Origin: Minisyncoccota bacterium
Lineage (GTDB): Bacteria > Patescibacteriota > Minisyncoccia > Phycocordibacterales > JACOZG01
Direction of reading: 5' to 3'
Assembly (NCBI GenBank): GCA_020057185.1
Contig: JAGVGK010000045.1
Location: forward strand, 1-46,594
Length of the DNA: 46,594 bases
Position numbers and translations under genes: made by a program. A model generated the notes under the pieces. The model saw only the letters and a program-made list of their open reading frames with translations, was not told where the DNA came from and ran no database searches. Positions within the stretch are counted from its first letter, which is position 1, and every line of letters starts with the position of its first letter. This document shows, piece by piece, positions 36,184 to 45,711 of the stretch.

Positions 36184-37155
36184 ATGCACAACACCGTTGT
36201 CAAACAAGGGCCTATGGTCTTCTTGAAGGATGTGTTGGTGATGGAATTGGTTGCTTTTGCTCTTCTCTTCTTCGCCTCGTTCGTGAAAAATTATGAACTG
36301 CTCTACCAAGAGTGGAACTTAACTCAATATCTTCGTTATGACATTTTTATCCTGATTGGGGCTTCTCTCTTTCAATTATTCTATCTCACCACCTTATTCA
36401 TCAACTGGTATTTCTTATCTTTCGAAATTAGCGCCAAAGAAATTACCAAAAAGTCCGGTCTCTTCTTCCGGCGACAAAAATCAGTCAGCTTGGCCGATGT
36501 GGTGACGATTGAAACTTATCAATCATTTTTTGATCGCCGAATCAATCACGCGACCATCATTATTGAACATCGCGATGGTCGCGTTACCAAAATAAGAAAT
36601 GTGGCCGATTGGGATGAAAATGTGAAAATTATCAAGCGCGCCGTCGCAAACCTGACCGATCATCAATCGGCGCCCGACATTCAAACTCTGCTCCAACAAG
36701 GCGAAGGCGCAAACTTGGAATTCAAAGCTTCTCTCCGCTATGACCTTCGCAAAAATGAAGTGAGCAAAGAAATCGAACGAGCGATTATGAAAGCCGTGGT
36801 CGGTTTCCTCAACGCTGACGGCGGAACAATTCTCATTGGCGTCAACGATACTGGCACGGTTTGCGGACTGAAGAATGATTATCAAAGTCTATCCAAGAAA
36901 AACCGTGATGGCTTCGAGAATCATTTCGCCACTTTGCTAAAAACAATAGTCGGTCTCCCCTTCGCTAAATATGTGCAAACTTATTTTGATAATATTGCCG
37001 GTGAAGATGTTTGTCACATCCGAGTGCACGCCGGCCACAAACCCGCTTATTTAAAAAATAATAATCGAGAAGAATTCTTCGTCCGCGTCGGCAATTCCAC
37101 CCAGCCCTTCTCAATGAGCGACACCGCCGATTACATCAAAACGCATTTTGTTTAA
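36184..37155 (+). CDS. 2-TM + bacterial PH-like (bPH_2) + Schlafen/AlbA_2 domain protein
   Basis: GEGANLEFKASLRYD, GFLNADGGTILIGVND, FFVRVGNST; KSGLFFRRQKSV.L..V segment typical of bPH_2. Confidence 0.82.
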   Translation: MHNTVVKQGPMVFLKDVLVMELVAFALLFFASFVKNYELLYQEWNLTQYLRYDIFILIGASLFQLFYLTTLFINWYFLSFEISAKEITKKSGLFFRRQKSVSLADVVTIETYQSFFDRRINHATIIIEHRDGRVTKIRNVADWDENVKIIKRAVANLTDHQSAPDIQTLLQQGEGANLEFKASLRYDLRKNEVSKEIERAIMKAVVGFLNADGGTILIGVNDTGTVCGLKNDYQSLSKKNRDGFENHFATLLKTIVGLPFAKYVQTYFDNIAGEDVCHIRVHAGHKPAYLKNNNREEFFVRVGNSTQPFSMSDTADYIKTHFV

Positions 37156-37175
37156 ATCCGTGTTCAAGCCAAAAA

Positions 37176-37853
37176 TCACCAAGCGATTTTTTCACCCAAT
37201 TTCCAAAATTGTCCAGATTCTTTGACGGTGGTCACTAATTGAAAAATATCGTTGGCGGCTTGTTCCGGTTCACGATCCGGCTTTTCTGTCTCAGTTGAGA
37301 CCGAGTAACCCATATCAGTCTTTACCCAGCCCGGCGCCAATGAGGAAACAACCATGCCTCGAGTTTGCAATCGGAAAGCTAAGTGGCGTGTATACATATT
37401 CAAGGCAACTTTGGCGAGACGATAACCGATAACTGATTCGTCATCAATCGGAATAGACATTGCTCCATATCCGGAATCGATATTCACAATCTGGCTACCT
37501 TTGAAAAATAACGGCAGCAGGCGTTCCGTCAGATCAATTACTCCGACTAGATTAATTTCCAAAGTTTTTCTAATTTTAATCGGATCAGCAACGATATCAT
37601 TGGTATCGAGAAGAACGCCAGCATTATTAATCAGCGCATCAAGAGGAAACGCGAGATCAATAATTTGGCTCGCGACCTTCGCCACGCTCGATGAATCACC
37701 CTGATCATATTGAATGGAAATTAGATCAGGGTGATTCATATCAATTGGCGAATTAAGATAAGTGCCAATTACTCGCCAGCCTTCAGCTAAAAATTTCTTG
37801 ACCGTGGCTAATCCGATTCCCCGACTAGCGCCAGTGATAATTACCGTTTTCAT
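37176..37853 (-). CDS. short-chain dehydrogenase/reductase
   Basis: TGASRGIG, LINNAG, YRLAK, PGWVKTDM. Confidence 0.93.
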   Translation of the reverse strand: MKTVIITGASRGIGLATVKKFLAEGWRVIGTYLNSPIDMNHPDLISIQYDQGDSSSVAKVASQIIDLAFPLDALINNAGVLLDTNDIVADPIKIRKTLEINLVGVIDLTERLLPLFFKGSQIVNIDSGYGAMSIPIDDESVIGYRLAKVALNMYTRHLAFRLQTRGMVVSSLAPGWVKTDMGYSVSTETEKPDREPEQAANDIFQLVTTVKESGQFWKLGEKIAW

Positions 37854-37969
37854 ACTACTAATAATAGCAAAAATTATCCCTCTGTTCCAGCTTCATTAAT
37901 ATCAAAACACATTTTGGTTAAACATTCATCTGAATATCCGTTTTTGCTTTATTCTCCTATTCGCGCGAA

Positions 37970-38383
37970 TTAGAGAAGAGATTTTATTTTTGTTTGGATT
38001 GCAGTTAAAATACTTTCAGAAATTTTAAAATTATGGTCGGTTTTATAATTATGACCCCATAGTTTATCTTCAAAAATGACACCCAGAAATTCCCTAGCTT
38101 TTGCATAGCGGGGAATAAAATGGCCGTGTAAGTGTCTCATTTCATTGCCGAGAAAGGAATAATTAAACCAATCAGGACTAAAAGCTTTCGTCACAGCATT
38201 TTTAAGATCATCAAGAATTACAAATAGTTCTTTCTGTTCTTCAGAAGTCGCCTCGGTTAGATCCAAAGCCTTTTCTCTTTTGCACCATACAATACACCGC
38301 CCGAGATAACTTTGATTCTCATTAATGTATATAGACCAAAGTGCGTAATCCTTAATCAAAAATTTTGAGTAATCATCTGTCAT
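37970..38383 (-). CDS. HIT-family hydrolase
   Basis: HLHGHFIPRY histidine triad, NYSFLGN. Confidence 0.88.
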   Translation of the reverse strand: MTDDYSKFLIKDYALWSIYINENQSYLGRCIVWCKREKALDLTEATSEEQKELFVILDDLKNAVTKAFSPDWFNYSFLGNEMRHLHGHFIPRYAKAREFLGVIFEDKLWGHNYKTDHNFKISESILTAIQTKIKSLL

Positions 38384-38398
38384 ATATTTTCTATCATA

Positions 38399-39703
38399 CT
38401 AAACATTCGAGCCGGCGACAAAGCCGGTGGTCCAACAAAGTTGGAGACTATAACCACCAGACGGTCGAGCGATATTCAAAATATCGCCGATAAGATAAAG
38501 TCTGGGGACAATCCGAGATTCCATCGTTTTGAAATTAACTTCCTCGAGGGCTACGCCTCCCGCCGAGATAATCGCTTTATTCGCCCCCAAGAGACCCTTA
38601 ACTCGAAGGGGTATGGCTTTAAGAAGAGCCACCAGTTTGAGCCGATCCGCCCGACGAACGCTATGATTCGGCGTGGCACCATCAATCCCCGCGAGATCAA
38701 GCATCGGCTCAACGAGGGCGGAAGGTATTAATTTCCCGAGCACATTCTTAATTTTTTTATTTGATTCCACTGTAAGCAAAGTTTGTAATTTATCCCGAAG
38801 CGCCACAGTATCAAGTTTGGGGAAAAGATCGAGGTGAATCGTGACTTGACTGTGCGTCAGAAGCTCACCGATCGCCTGGCTCAAATTAAGAATCGTCGGA
38901 CCACTCACGCCGAAATGAGTAAAGAGGAGTTTACCCAAGTGGGTGCTCTGCTTCTGCCCATCCGCAAACACGGTTAGCTTGATATCCGACAAAGTCACCC
39001 CACCGAGTCGCTTGACCCACGGATCGGCGAGTGCGAGAGGCACGAGTGCGAAATTATTCTCAACGACAGTATGACCGAGTCGCTTCAGCCACTCGAAACC
39101 TTCACCGGTCGAACCCGTCTCGGGGTGCGATGTTCCACCGGTGGCCACTACGCAAGCTCGAGCCGCGATCTTCTCTCCCCCCTTAAGAGTAAGACTAAAC
39201 TGTCCCAGCGCGACATTTTTCTCGATCTTCGAAACTTCACTTTTTGTCTTTACTGTCACTCCGCCCGCTTTCAAAAATTGAACCAGCACATCCCAAACCG
39301 ATTGCGCTCGATTAGACTTCGGAAACATTCGGCCGTCATTCTCTTCTTTCAAGACGAGACCACGCTGGGCAAAAAAATCCAACACCTCTCTCACCGCGAA
39401 CTGCGCGAACGCCGAGAAGAGAAATTGCCCGCTCTGACGATACTGCGCGAGCATTGTCCGCACCGCGGGTTTATTATTCGTGAGATTACATCGGCCACCG
39501 CCGGTGATGAGAAGTTTCCGCCCAAGCGTTTCATTCTTCTCCAAGAGGAGAACGGCGCGCCCGCGCTCACCGGCCCGACCCGCCGCCATCATCCCCGCCG
39601 GACCACCACCAATCACCACGACCTCCCAAACAGCGCGCGAAAAATTCGGCAAAGAAAAACCACTCGCCAAGCCATCTCGGGAGCGGTTTTCCTTATATAC
39701 CAT
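38399..39703 (-). CDS. HI0933/YhiN-family flavoprotein (start codon uncertain)
   Basis: IGGGPAG, KLLITGGGRCNLTN, LLFTHFGVSGP, GGYSLQ. Confidence 0.9.
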   Translation of the reverse strand: MVYKENRSRDGLASGFSLPNFSRAVWEVVVIGGGPAGMMAAGRAGERGRAVLLLEKNETLGRKLLITGGGRCNLTNNKPAVRTMLAQYRQSGQFLFSAFAQFAVREVLDFFAQRGLVLKEENDGRMFPKSNRAQSVWDVLVQFLKAGGVTVKTKSEVSKIEKNVALGQFSLTLKGGEKIAARACVVATGGTSHPETGSTGEGFEWLKRLGHTVVENNFALVPLALADPWVKRLGGVTLSDIKLTVFADGQKQSTHLGKLLFTHFGVSGPTILNLSQAIGELLTHSQVTIHLDLFPKLDTVALRDKLQTLLTVESNKKIKNVLGKLIPSALVEPMLDLAGIDGATPNHSVRRADRLKLVALLKAIPLRVKGLLGANKAIISAGGVALEEVNFKTMESRIVPRLYLIGDILNIARPSGGYSLQLCWTTGFVAGSNV

Positions 39704-39713
39704 TCGACTAAAG

Positions 39714-39911
39714 TTAGGCGCGTGTGACATTCGTCGCGGCGGGGCCTTTTTCCCCATTGACGACATCAAAGGTCACGGCATCGCCCTCCTTGAGTTCCTC
39801 GAAAGTGACACCCTTCACTTCGGAAGAGTGAAAGAACAGGTCCTTCTCTTCGCCCTCGCGAGAGATGAAGCCGAATCCTTTGGTGGTCAGGGTCTTGATT
39901 GTTCCGTTCAT
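39714..39911 (-). CDS. cold-shock domain protein
   Basis: KGFGFI (RNP1), DLFFH (RNP2), GEKGPAA. Confidence 0.95.
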   Translation of the reverse strand: MNGTIKTLTTKGFGFISREGEEKDLFFHSSEVKGVTFEELKEGDAVTFDVVNGEKGPAATNVTRA

Positions 39912-39963
39912 ATGATTATGACTTAACTATTATTAACTGCTTATAATCGAACACTCTACTCTA

Positions 39964-40842
39964 TCATAGTCCATAATATTTGAACAGGGCCTTAACCCCG
40001 GCAAGGTTCTCGGCCCATTCAATCGCCTGATGAGTTTTAAGTTCGACCGTGAGCGCTGGAATGCCGATAGACGCCAGCCAGCCCTCCGCGTCGCCGGTCA
40101 CATCATAAGCGTCAAACGATTTGACCGCTGGATAACCTGACGCCTGCGCGTAGGCCGTCATAATCGCCAGTGTCCCCGGTAGAATATCGCCTTCGCACTT
40201 CGACGCATATACCGCGCCGGCTTGACTGTGCCAAAAGATTACCGCCGACGACTTGTTGGTTAACACAAAATCGCGAATTGCCACGGCTTCCGGTTCGGAG
40301 AACGGCGCCGAGCCGGCCTTAACCGACTGACCACGCCACATACTCTGCGGTTGCCACTGACAATCGAAGTTGCGATTGAGATCGACCGTGTGCGCGTTGA
40401 ATCGGCCGGGCGACTGATCGCCGGTCGTCGGCACATCCGCCAGCACGAAGCGACCTTCTTTACCAATTACTTTATACACGCCGTCGGGATTCGCCGACGG
40501 GATGACAGTGACCTTCAAATTGTCGGGAATGACCGCCGGATTATCTCGGAGATAATCCATAAATTTATACGCGAGCAGAACACTGTTCCACTCATAACCG
40601 CCGTGAATCCCGCCGATAAACACCAATTGAGTTTTTCCTTTTCCATAAGTGGTCGCCGAAATCGCGCGACCTTCCACCGATTGACCAATCACGCTCGTCT
40701 CCGGACCAAGCTTTTTTACTTTTACCACTGGTGTAATCACGACTGGCAGAGGCTCTGGTTCAACTTTATTTTGCCAGTTAATAAACAAATACAAACCACT
40801 CACCAACAAAACGATGATGAGAACGACGACAAAGAATCGCAT
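39964..40842 (-). CDS. membrane-anchored M14 zinc carboxypeptidase (paralog B)
   Basis: GGIHGGYE, NPDG, VDLNRNF, SEPE, WHS, TVEL. Confidence 0.9.
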   Translation of the reverse strand: MRFFVVVLIIVLLVSGLYLFINWQNKVEPEPLPVVITPVVKVKKLGPETSVIGQSVEGRAISATTYGKGKTQLVFIGGIHGGYEWNSVLLAYKFMDYLRDNPAVIPDNLKVTVIPSANPDGVYKVIGKEGRFVLADVPTTGDQSPGRFNAHTVDLNRNFDCQWQPQSMWRGQSVKAGSAPFSEPEAVAIRDFVLTNKSSAVIFWHSQAGAVYASKCEGDILPGTLAIMTAYAQASGYPAVKSFDAYDVTGDAEGWLASIGIPALTVELKTHQAIEWAENLAGVKALFKYYGL

Positions 40843-41780
40843 TATTTTGCGTAGTACTCCAGCAGAGCTTTTATTCCCGCCAGGTTTTTATCCCATTCCA
40901 CATCATCATGTGTCGCAAGCAGAACGCTGATCGCCGGGATGTTATTTTTGGCTAACCAATTTACCAGATCACCAGTGATGTCATAGAAATTAAATTTTTC
41001 GTAGGCGGGATAACCGGAAGCTTGAGCATAAGTGTTAGTGATAGTTTTCGTTTCCGGCAAAATACCGCTTTGACAACTGGAGGAGAAAACTCCGCCGGCA
41101 GCACTGTACCAAGCCACCACCGCATTCGGTCTTAGGGCCTCAATATAATTTTTAAGCGCCAAACTTTCGGGTTCAGAAAATACGACACTCCCGCCACTCA
41201 CGGTTTTATTTTGCCACTTACTCGTGGCCTGCCAATCACAATCGAAGTTGCGGTTGAGATCTACTTTGTTGGCGTTGAAGCGACCGGCGGTCACGACCGC
41301 GATCGACGGCGATACATCAGCTTTAGTAAATTGACTCGTGGTGGTACCGACCACCTTATTTAGTCCATCAGGATTTAGCACCGGAATAACCGTCACGGCA
41401 ACTTGAGCCGGAATCGTCTCTAGATTACTCTTCAAATAATCTATCAACTTGTAAGCGAGAAGGGCAGTATTCCACGAATAGCCACCATGGATCCCGCCGA
41501 TAAACAGAATTTTTGTCGCGCCCGTGCCGTAGTTATAAGCCGTGATCGCGCGCCCCTCCACTGATTGACCAATCACTATTTCACCAGTCTGATTGTCAAT
41601 TAGTGTAGTCGGCGGCGTACTGCTAGCGAGCGGGACGACTGGCGGTGGAGTCGTGTCGATTACTTCAGGTGGTGTCGCGTTCGGTAAAACCACCGAATTA
41701 TTAGACGACCACTGGGTCAACCAATACGCGCCTAGACCAATCAGAATCACTATTACCAAGACAATAATCAGATTTTTCAT
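40842..41780 (-). CDS. membrane-anchored M14 carboxypeptidase homolog (paralog A) with degenerate catalytic motifs
   Basis: GGIHGGYS, NPDG, VDLNRNF, SEPE, WYS, SVLL. Confidence 0.85.
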   Translation of the reverse strand: MKNLIIVLVIVILIGLGAYWLTQWSSNNSVVLPNATPPEVIDTTPPPVVPLASSTPPTTLIDNQTGEIVIGQSVEGRAITAYNYGTGATKILFIGGIHGGYSWNTALLAYKLIDYLKSNLETIPAQVAVTVIPVLNPDGLNKVVGTTTSQFTKADVSPSIAVVTAGRFNANKVDLNRNFDCDWQATSKWQNKTVSGGSVVFSEPESLALKNYIEALRPNAVVAWYSAAGGVFSSSCQSGILPETKTITNTYAQASGYPAYEKFNFYDITGDLVNWLAKNNIPAISVLLATHDDVEWDKNLAGIKALLEYYAK

Positions 41781-41855
41781 ATTTTTTATAAAATTACCTA
41801 TTAATTACTTACTAATGCCTAATTTAGTGTAGCAAAATTTTCTTGACAACCCTAA

Positions 41856-41926
41856 CTGCCGGCCAGGGACTCGAACCCCAATACCATCCTCCAGAGGGAT
41901 GTGTCCTACCATTAGACGAGCCGGCA
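41856..41926 (-). tRNA. tRNA-Gln (anticodon CTG)
   Basis: tgccggc acceptor stem, catcc-ctCTGga-ggatg anticodon arm, ggttcgagtcc T-arm; CCA not encoded. Confidence 0.95.
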
Positions 41927-42032
41927 AAGGCACGCCCCCCACTCTAGCAAAAATAATATCGTTGTGCTATAAGAAGGAAGGAGTTGTTTAATTAGTTCTT
42001 CAGAAACCAGAAACTCCAGAAAGGAGAAACGA

Positions 42033-42437
42033 ATGATTACCGAGGTTAGTTGGGCCATAATTGGAAAGCGTGAAATATTGATCACTTGGGAAGTGGGCGC
42101 TAGGGGGTGGTCATTGCCCGGGGGGATAGCCAACCCATGTGAAAGCTCACAAGCCGCCTTGCTTCGCGGGTTAAACGAACGATTCGTTGATTTGCGGGTA
42201 AATGGTTCGCCAGTGGTTTGGCAACGTTTCGAACCTTCCACTGGTAATCCTAAGAGAATCACGATCTTTCTGGTGGAAACTGGTGAGGTGGTAATACCCA
42301 ATCCAAAGAAAGTTGCTGATAGCCGGTGGATCTATCCCATCACCGCCAAGCAACATAAACTTCCTGATGAAGCAGTCGAAGCACTTCATCAGCTCCAAGA
42401 ATTACGCCGTCACCATCCGCCAAAAATTCTCGAGTGA
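42033..42437 (+). CDS. NUDIX-fold protein with a degenerate Nudix box
   Basis: WSLPGG-X5-E-X7-RGLNER; AGAAAGGAG SD; own terminator. Confidence 0.6.
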   Translation: MITEVSWAIIGKREILITWEVGARGWSLPGGIANPCESSQAALLRGLNERFVDLRVNGSPVVWQRFEPSTGNPKRITIFLVETGEVVIPNPKKVADSRWIYPITAKQHKLPDEAVEALHQLQELRRHHPPKILE

Positions 42438-42452
42438 GAATTGAGCTACCAG

Positions 42453-42500
42453 AGACCCGCCACTTCGCCGATAGGCGAACGAGCGGGTCTTTTATTTTTT
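42453..42500 (+). terminator. intrinsic terminator between the NUDIX-like gene and convergent pyrG
   Basis: agacccgc...ttcgcc-gata-ggcgaa...gcgggtct followed by a T-run. Confidence 0.7.
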
Positions 42501-44159
42501 AGCACCGGCCGATTTTAAGAAAGCAACAAAAAGTGGGTGCGGGTGCAATGGTGTAGATTTGAATTCGGGATGAAACTGGGTACCGAGAAAGAAAGGGTGT
42601 TGGGCTTTCGGCAATTCCACAATTTCCATCAGTCGGCCGTCGGGCGAACGACCGGAAAAAACGAGCCCAGCTTTTTCTAGCGTCACCACATAATCTGGAT
42701 TAACTTCATAACGATGGCGGTGGCGTTCATGAATAAGCTTGTAGCCGTTAGCTTGTAGCTTGTAGCTGGAGTCGACATACGCATCAAATGCGGTCGTACC
42801 GTGCTTCAACTCACAAGGGTAAGCGCCTAAACGCATCGTCCCGCCATAATCAGCTTGGGCGATCTTCTCTCGCTGTTCCGGTAAAACATCAATCACTGGC
42901 GCGGGCGTCTTCGGATTAATTTCGGTCGTGTGCGCTCGCTTAAGTCCCGCCACATGGCGTGCATATTCCACCACCGCGAGTTGCATACCGTAACAAAGTC
43001 CAAAAAATGGAATTCCCTTTTCGCGCGCGAATTTAATCACCGCAATTTTCCCCTCCACGCCTCGCTCGCCGAAACCGCCCGGGACAAGCAAACCGTCATA
43101 ATTTTTTAATTCGGCCAACTTATCTATTTTTTTGTCCTCGTAGTCCCCCGCGTCCAACCAATCGAGAATCAACTTCCGCCCCAGAATACCCGCGGCGTGC
43201 TTGAGCGATTCAATAATCGAGATATAGACATCCGAGAGAACATAGTCACCGGTTTTGAAATATTTTCCCACCACGCCGATTCTCAATTCTTTGGTTGAGG
43301 TTTTCATTCGTTCCACCATTTGTCGCCAATCCTTCAGATCCTCTTGACGCGGACGCAAGCGCAGAAGTTTCAAAACCGTCGTGCTCAAACCATCCTTCTC
43401 GAAGTTGAGCGGAATGTCGTAAATATTATCCACATCCGGCGCGGAAATAATATTCTTCACTGGCACATTACAAGAGAAAGCAAGTTTGTCTTTGCGCTTC
43501 TGATCAAGCGGTCGATCGCTCCGCGCGATAATAATATCGGGATGAATACCATAAGAATTAATCGCCCGCACCGCGTATTGCGTCGGCTTGGTCTTCATCT
43601 CGCCGACCTTGTTGGGAATCGGCAGATAACTAACGAGGACGAAAAGAACATCGTTCGGGTGCTTCAACTTGAGTACGCGCGCCGCTTCGAAAAAGATGCT
43701 GTTTTGATATTCACCCACCGTTCCGCCGATTTCAATAATCGAAATATCCGCCTTCGTCTTGTCGGTCGAGCGCTTGATTCGGCGGAGAATTTCCTCCGAG
43801 ATATACGGTACGGGATCAACACACTTCCCGCCGTAGCCGAGTGCGCGTTCCTTATCAATCACATATTTATAAACCATCCCCGAGGTCATATAGTTTTCGG
43901 CCGGGACACTCACATCGAGAAAGCGTTCGTAATTGCCCATATCCTGATCACATTCGAGGCCCGAATCCAAAACAAAAACTTCCCCGTGTTCAATCGGGTT
44001 CATTGTCCCGGCATCCACATTGAGATACGGATCAATCTTGAGTGGATTAATCTTAAAACCGCGCGCCGAGAGAATCTTACCCAGCGACGAAGTGGTGACG
44101 CCCTTGCCCACTCCGGACATCACCCCTCCAATTACGAAAATGTATTTGTGGCGGGTCAC
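42492..44159 (-). CDS. pyrG: CTP synthase
   Basis: GGVMSGVGKG, KTKPTQ, GLCYGMQ, ERHRHRYEVN, QFHPE. Confidence 0.97.
   Translation of the reverse strand: MTRHKYIFVIGGVMSGVGKGVTTSSLGKILSARGFKINPLKIDPYLNVDAGTMNPIEHGEVFVLDSGLECDQDMGNYERFLDVSVPAENYMTSGMVYKYVIDKERALGYGGKCVDPVPYISEEILRRIKRSTDKTKADISIIEIGGTVGEYQNSIFFEAARVLKLKHPNDVLFVLVSYLPIPNKVGEMKTKPTQYAVRAINSYGIHPDIIIARSDRPLDQKRKDKLAFSCNVPVKNIISAPDVDNIYDIPLNFEKDGLSTTVLKLLRLRPRQEDLKDWRQMVERMKTSTKELRIGVVGKYFKTGDYVLSDVYISIIESLKHAAGILGRKLILDWLDAGDYEDKKIDKLAELKNYDGLLVPGGFGERGVEGKIAVIKFAREKGIPFFGLCYGMQLAVVEYARHVAGLKRAHTTEINPKTPAPVIDVLPEQREKIAQADYGGTMRLGAYPCELKHGTTAFDAYVDSSYKLQANGYKLIHERHRHRYEVNPDYVVTLEKAGLVFSGRSPDGRLMEIVELPKAQHPFFLGTQFHPEFKSTPLHPHPLFVAFLKSAGAKK
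42735..42769. repeat. five degenerate TAGCTTG heptamers inside pyrG
   Basis: aagcttg tagccgt tagcttg tagcttg tagctgg. Confidence 0.75.
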
Positions 44160-44169
44160 AGTAATAAAA

Positions 44170-45087
44170 TCAAATCCTTAGATGTTTACGGATGGCTAAG
44201 ACACTCGCCAAGACACTGATAAAAAGTCCAGAAACAATCAAGACCAAGGTCAAGAAGGTGAAATGCTCGAGATAGTAAGTCGCCAAATTAATACTCGCCG
44301 CCACGCCGGCCGTGGCGTTATGAAGCCAGATCGCCGTGGGGTAAAGAAGAAATAGGGCGAGCAAAGAAGCAAAGAGTCCGGCGATCAAACCTTCAACAAT
44401 GAAGGGTCCGCGGATATAGGGATTGTTGGCGCCAACCAAACGCATCACCGAAATTTCTTCCCGCGAGACATAGATCGCGAGCGAGACGGTATTGAAAGTG
44501 ACGATTAGTGAAATGAAAATGAGGAAGAGGGCGATCGCCAAACTCACTCGCTGGGTGGTGTCAATAATGGCCGAGAGCGCATCGACGCTCGTCTTCTTGA
44601 AGTTGATTTGGTAAATAATACTTTGCCCGCCCGCTGCTAGCGCGCTATCATCATAAAGAAAACTGGCAATGCTCTCATACTGGGACGGGTCGGTCGCTTC
44701 GATATTAAGTCGCGCGCCGAGCGGATTACCAACCTCTTGAAGCGACTGCATAATCAAAGCGTTGTCTTGATTGCGAGTTTTGAAATCATTAAACTCTTCC
44801 TCCCGCGACCGATAAGTGACTTGCTTGACTCCCGGCCGAGCTTGAAGCGTTTTTTGGAAAGCGAGGACTGCCTCTTCCGTCGCCGTGGGTTGGAAAGAGA
44901 CGCTAATATCCACCTTGGCTTTAATCTCGTCGAGTGAAGCGGAGAGGAAGGCTTGCCCTAGAAGTAGCCCGCCAATGGTAAAGAGTGTCACCGTCAAGAC
45001 AATCACTGACGAGAGCGACACCAAGCCACTGCGCCAAAAATTGACGAACCCCGATTTGATAATGCGTTTAATGTTAGCGAGCCACAT
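44170..45087 (-). CDS. ftsX: cell division permease FtsX
   Basis: 4 TM; EISVMRLVGANNPYIRGPFIVEG. Confidence 0.9.
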   Translation of the reverse strand: MWLANIKRIIKSGFVNFWRSGLVSLSSVIVLTVTLFTIGGLLLGQAFLSASLDEIKAKVDISVSFQPTATEEAVLAFQKTLQARPGVKQVTYRSREEEFNDFKTRNQDNALIMQSLQEVGNPLGARLNIEATDPSQYESIASFLYDDSALAAGGQSIIYQINFKKTSVDALSAIIDTTQRVSLAIALFLIFISLIVTFNTVSLAIYVSREEISVMRLVGANNPYIRGPFIVEGLIAGLFASLLALFLLYPTAIWLHNATAGVAASINLATYYLEHFTFLTLVLIVSGLFISVLASVLAIRKHLRI

Positions 45088-45102
45088 ATTTAGATTATCT
45101 AA

Positions 45103-45711
45103 TCATTTTATAAACCTGAAGGTGGAAAGGATCTCGGGGAACGGGGAAGAATTCACATCCTTAATTACCAGCATTGACGACCCATTCAATCGGACAGCAA
45201 TCACATGACCGGGTCCGTTGTAACCACTGTATTGACTATCTACCTCGATAGCCGGTTTCCCTGCAAAAGTAATGTCTTTTACAATAATTTGACCCGACTG
45301 CCATTCGGGAATGTTTATATATTTTTCAATCCATTCACGAGATGCCGTAGTCGTAGCATTTACAGAAAAAGACAACAGGATGGGTTCACAACACAGAGCA
45401 AGATCTTCGTTTTTGGCGTCTAGGGCAATATGAACTTCGTCAGAATCAGAGGGGGCTGGTATTAATTTATTTCTGTTCACATTAGAGATTTTGTTGTCCT
45501 TGTCAAAAGTAAAAGCGATGCGTTCCGCCGGATACTTAAACTCAAACCCATATTTATCATTTCGATAAGTTTTCCAGTTTTCTATTCCCTCTCCTTCGGG
45601 GAGGGCGGAGGGTGGGGTGTTTTTGTTTTTCCACACCGCATACCCGCCACCAACTAAAACCGCGAGGATGATAATGAGAGCGATGGGCGAGAAACCTTTA
45701 TTTTTTAACAT
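45103..45711 (-). CDS. membrane-anchored exported protein with WKTYRNDKYGFEFKYP and ILSTFRF terminal motifs (PsbP-like fold suspected)
   Basis: KGFSPI pilin-like N-terminus plus TM; paralog at 45958-46494. Confidence 0.8.
   Translation of the reverse strand: MLKNKGFSPIALIIILAVLVGGGYAVWKNKNTPPSALPEGEGIENWKTYRNDKYGFEFKYPAERIAFTFDKDNKISNVNRNKLIPAPSDSDEVHIALDAKNEDLALCCEPILLSFSVNATTTASREWIEKYINIPEWQSGQIIVKDITFAGKPAIEVDSQYSGYNGPGHVIAVRLNGSSMLVIKDVNSSPFPEILSTFRFIK

Noticed and set aside
37953-37976. Short palindrome centred on attcgcgcgaat at the HIT gene stop
   Set aside because: Single imperfect copy in the window; not enough to call a repeat family.
43320-44219. Long antisense ORFs (e.g. 43320-44219, 14837-15592, 39071-39727)
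   Set aside because: Fully antisense to well-supported genes and lacking recognisable motifs.
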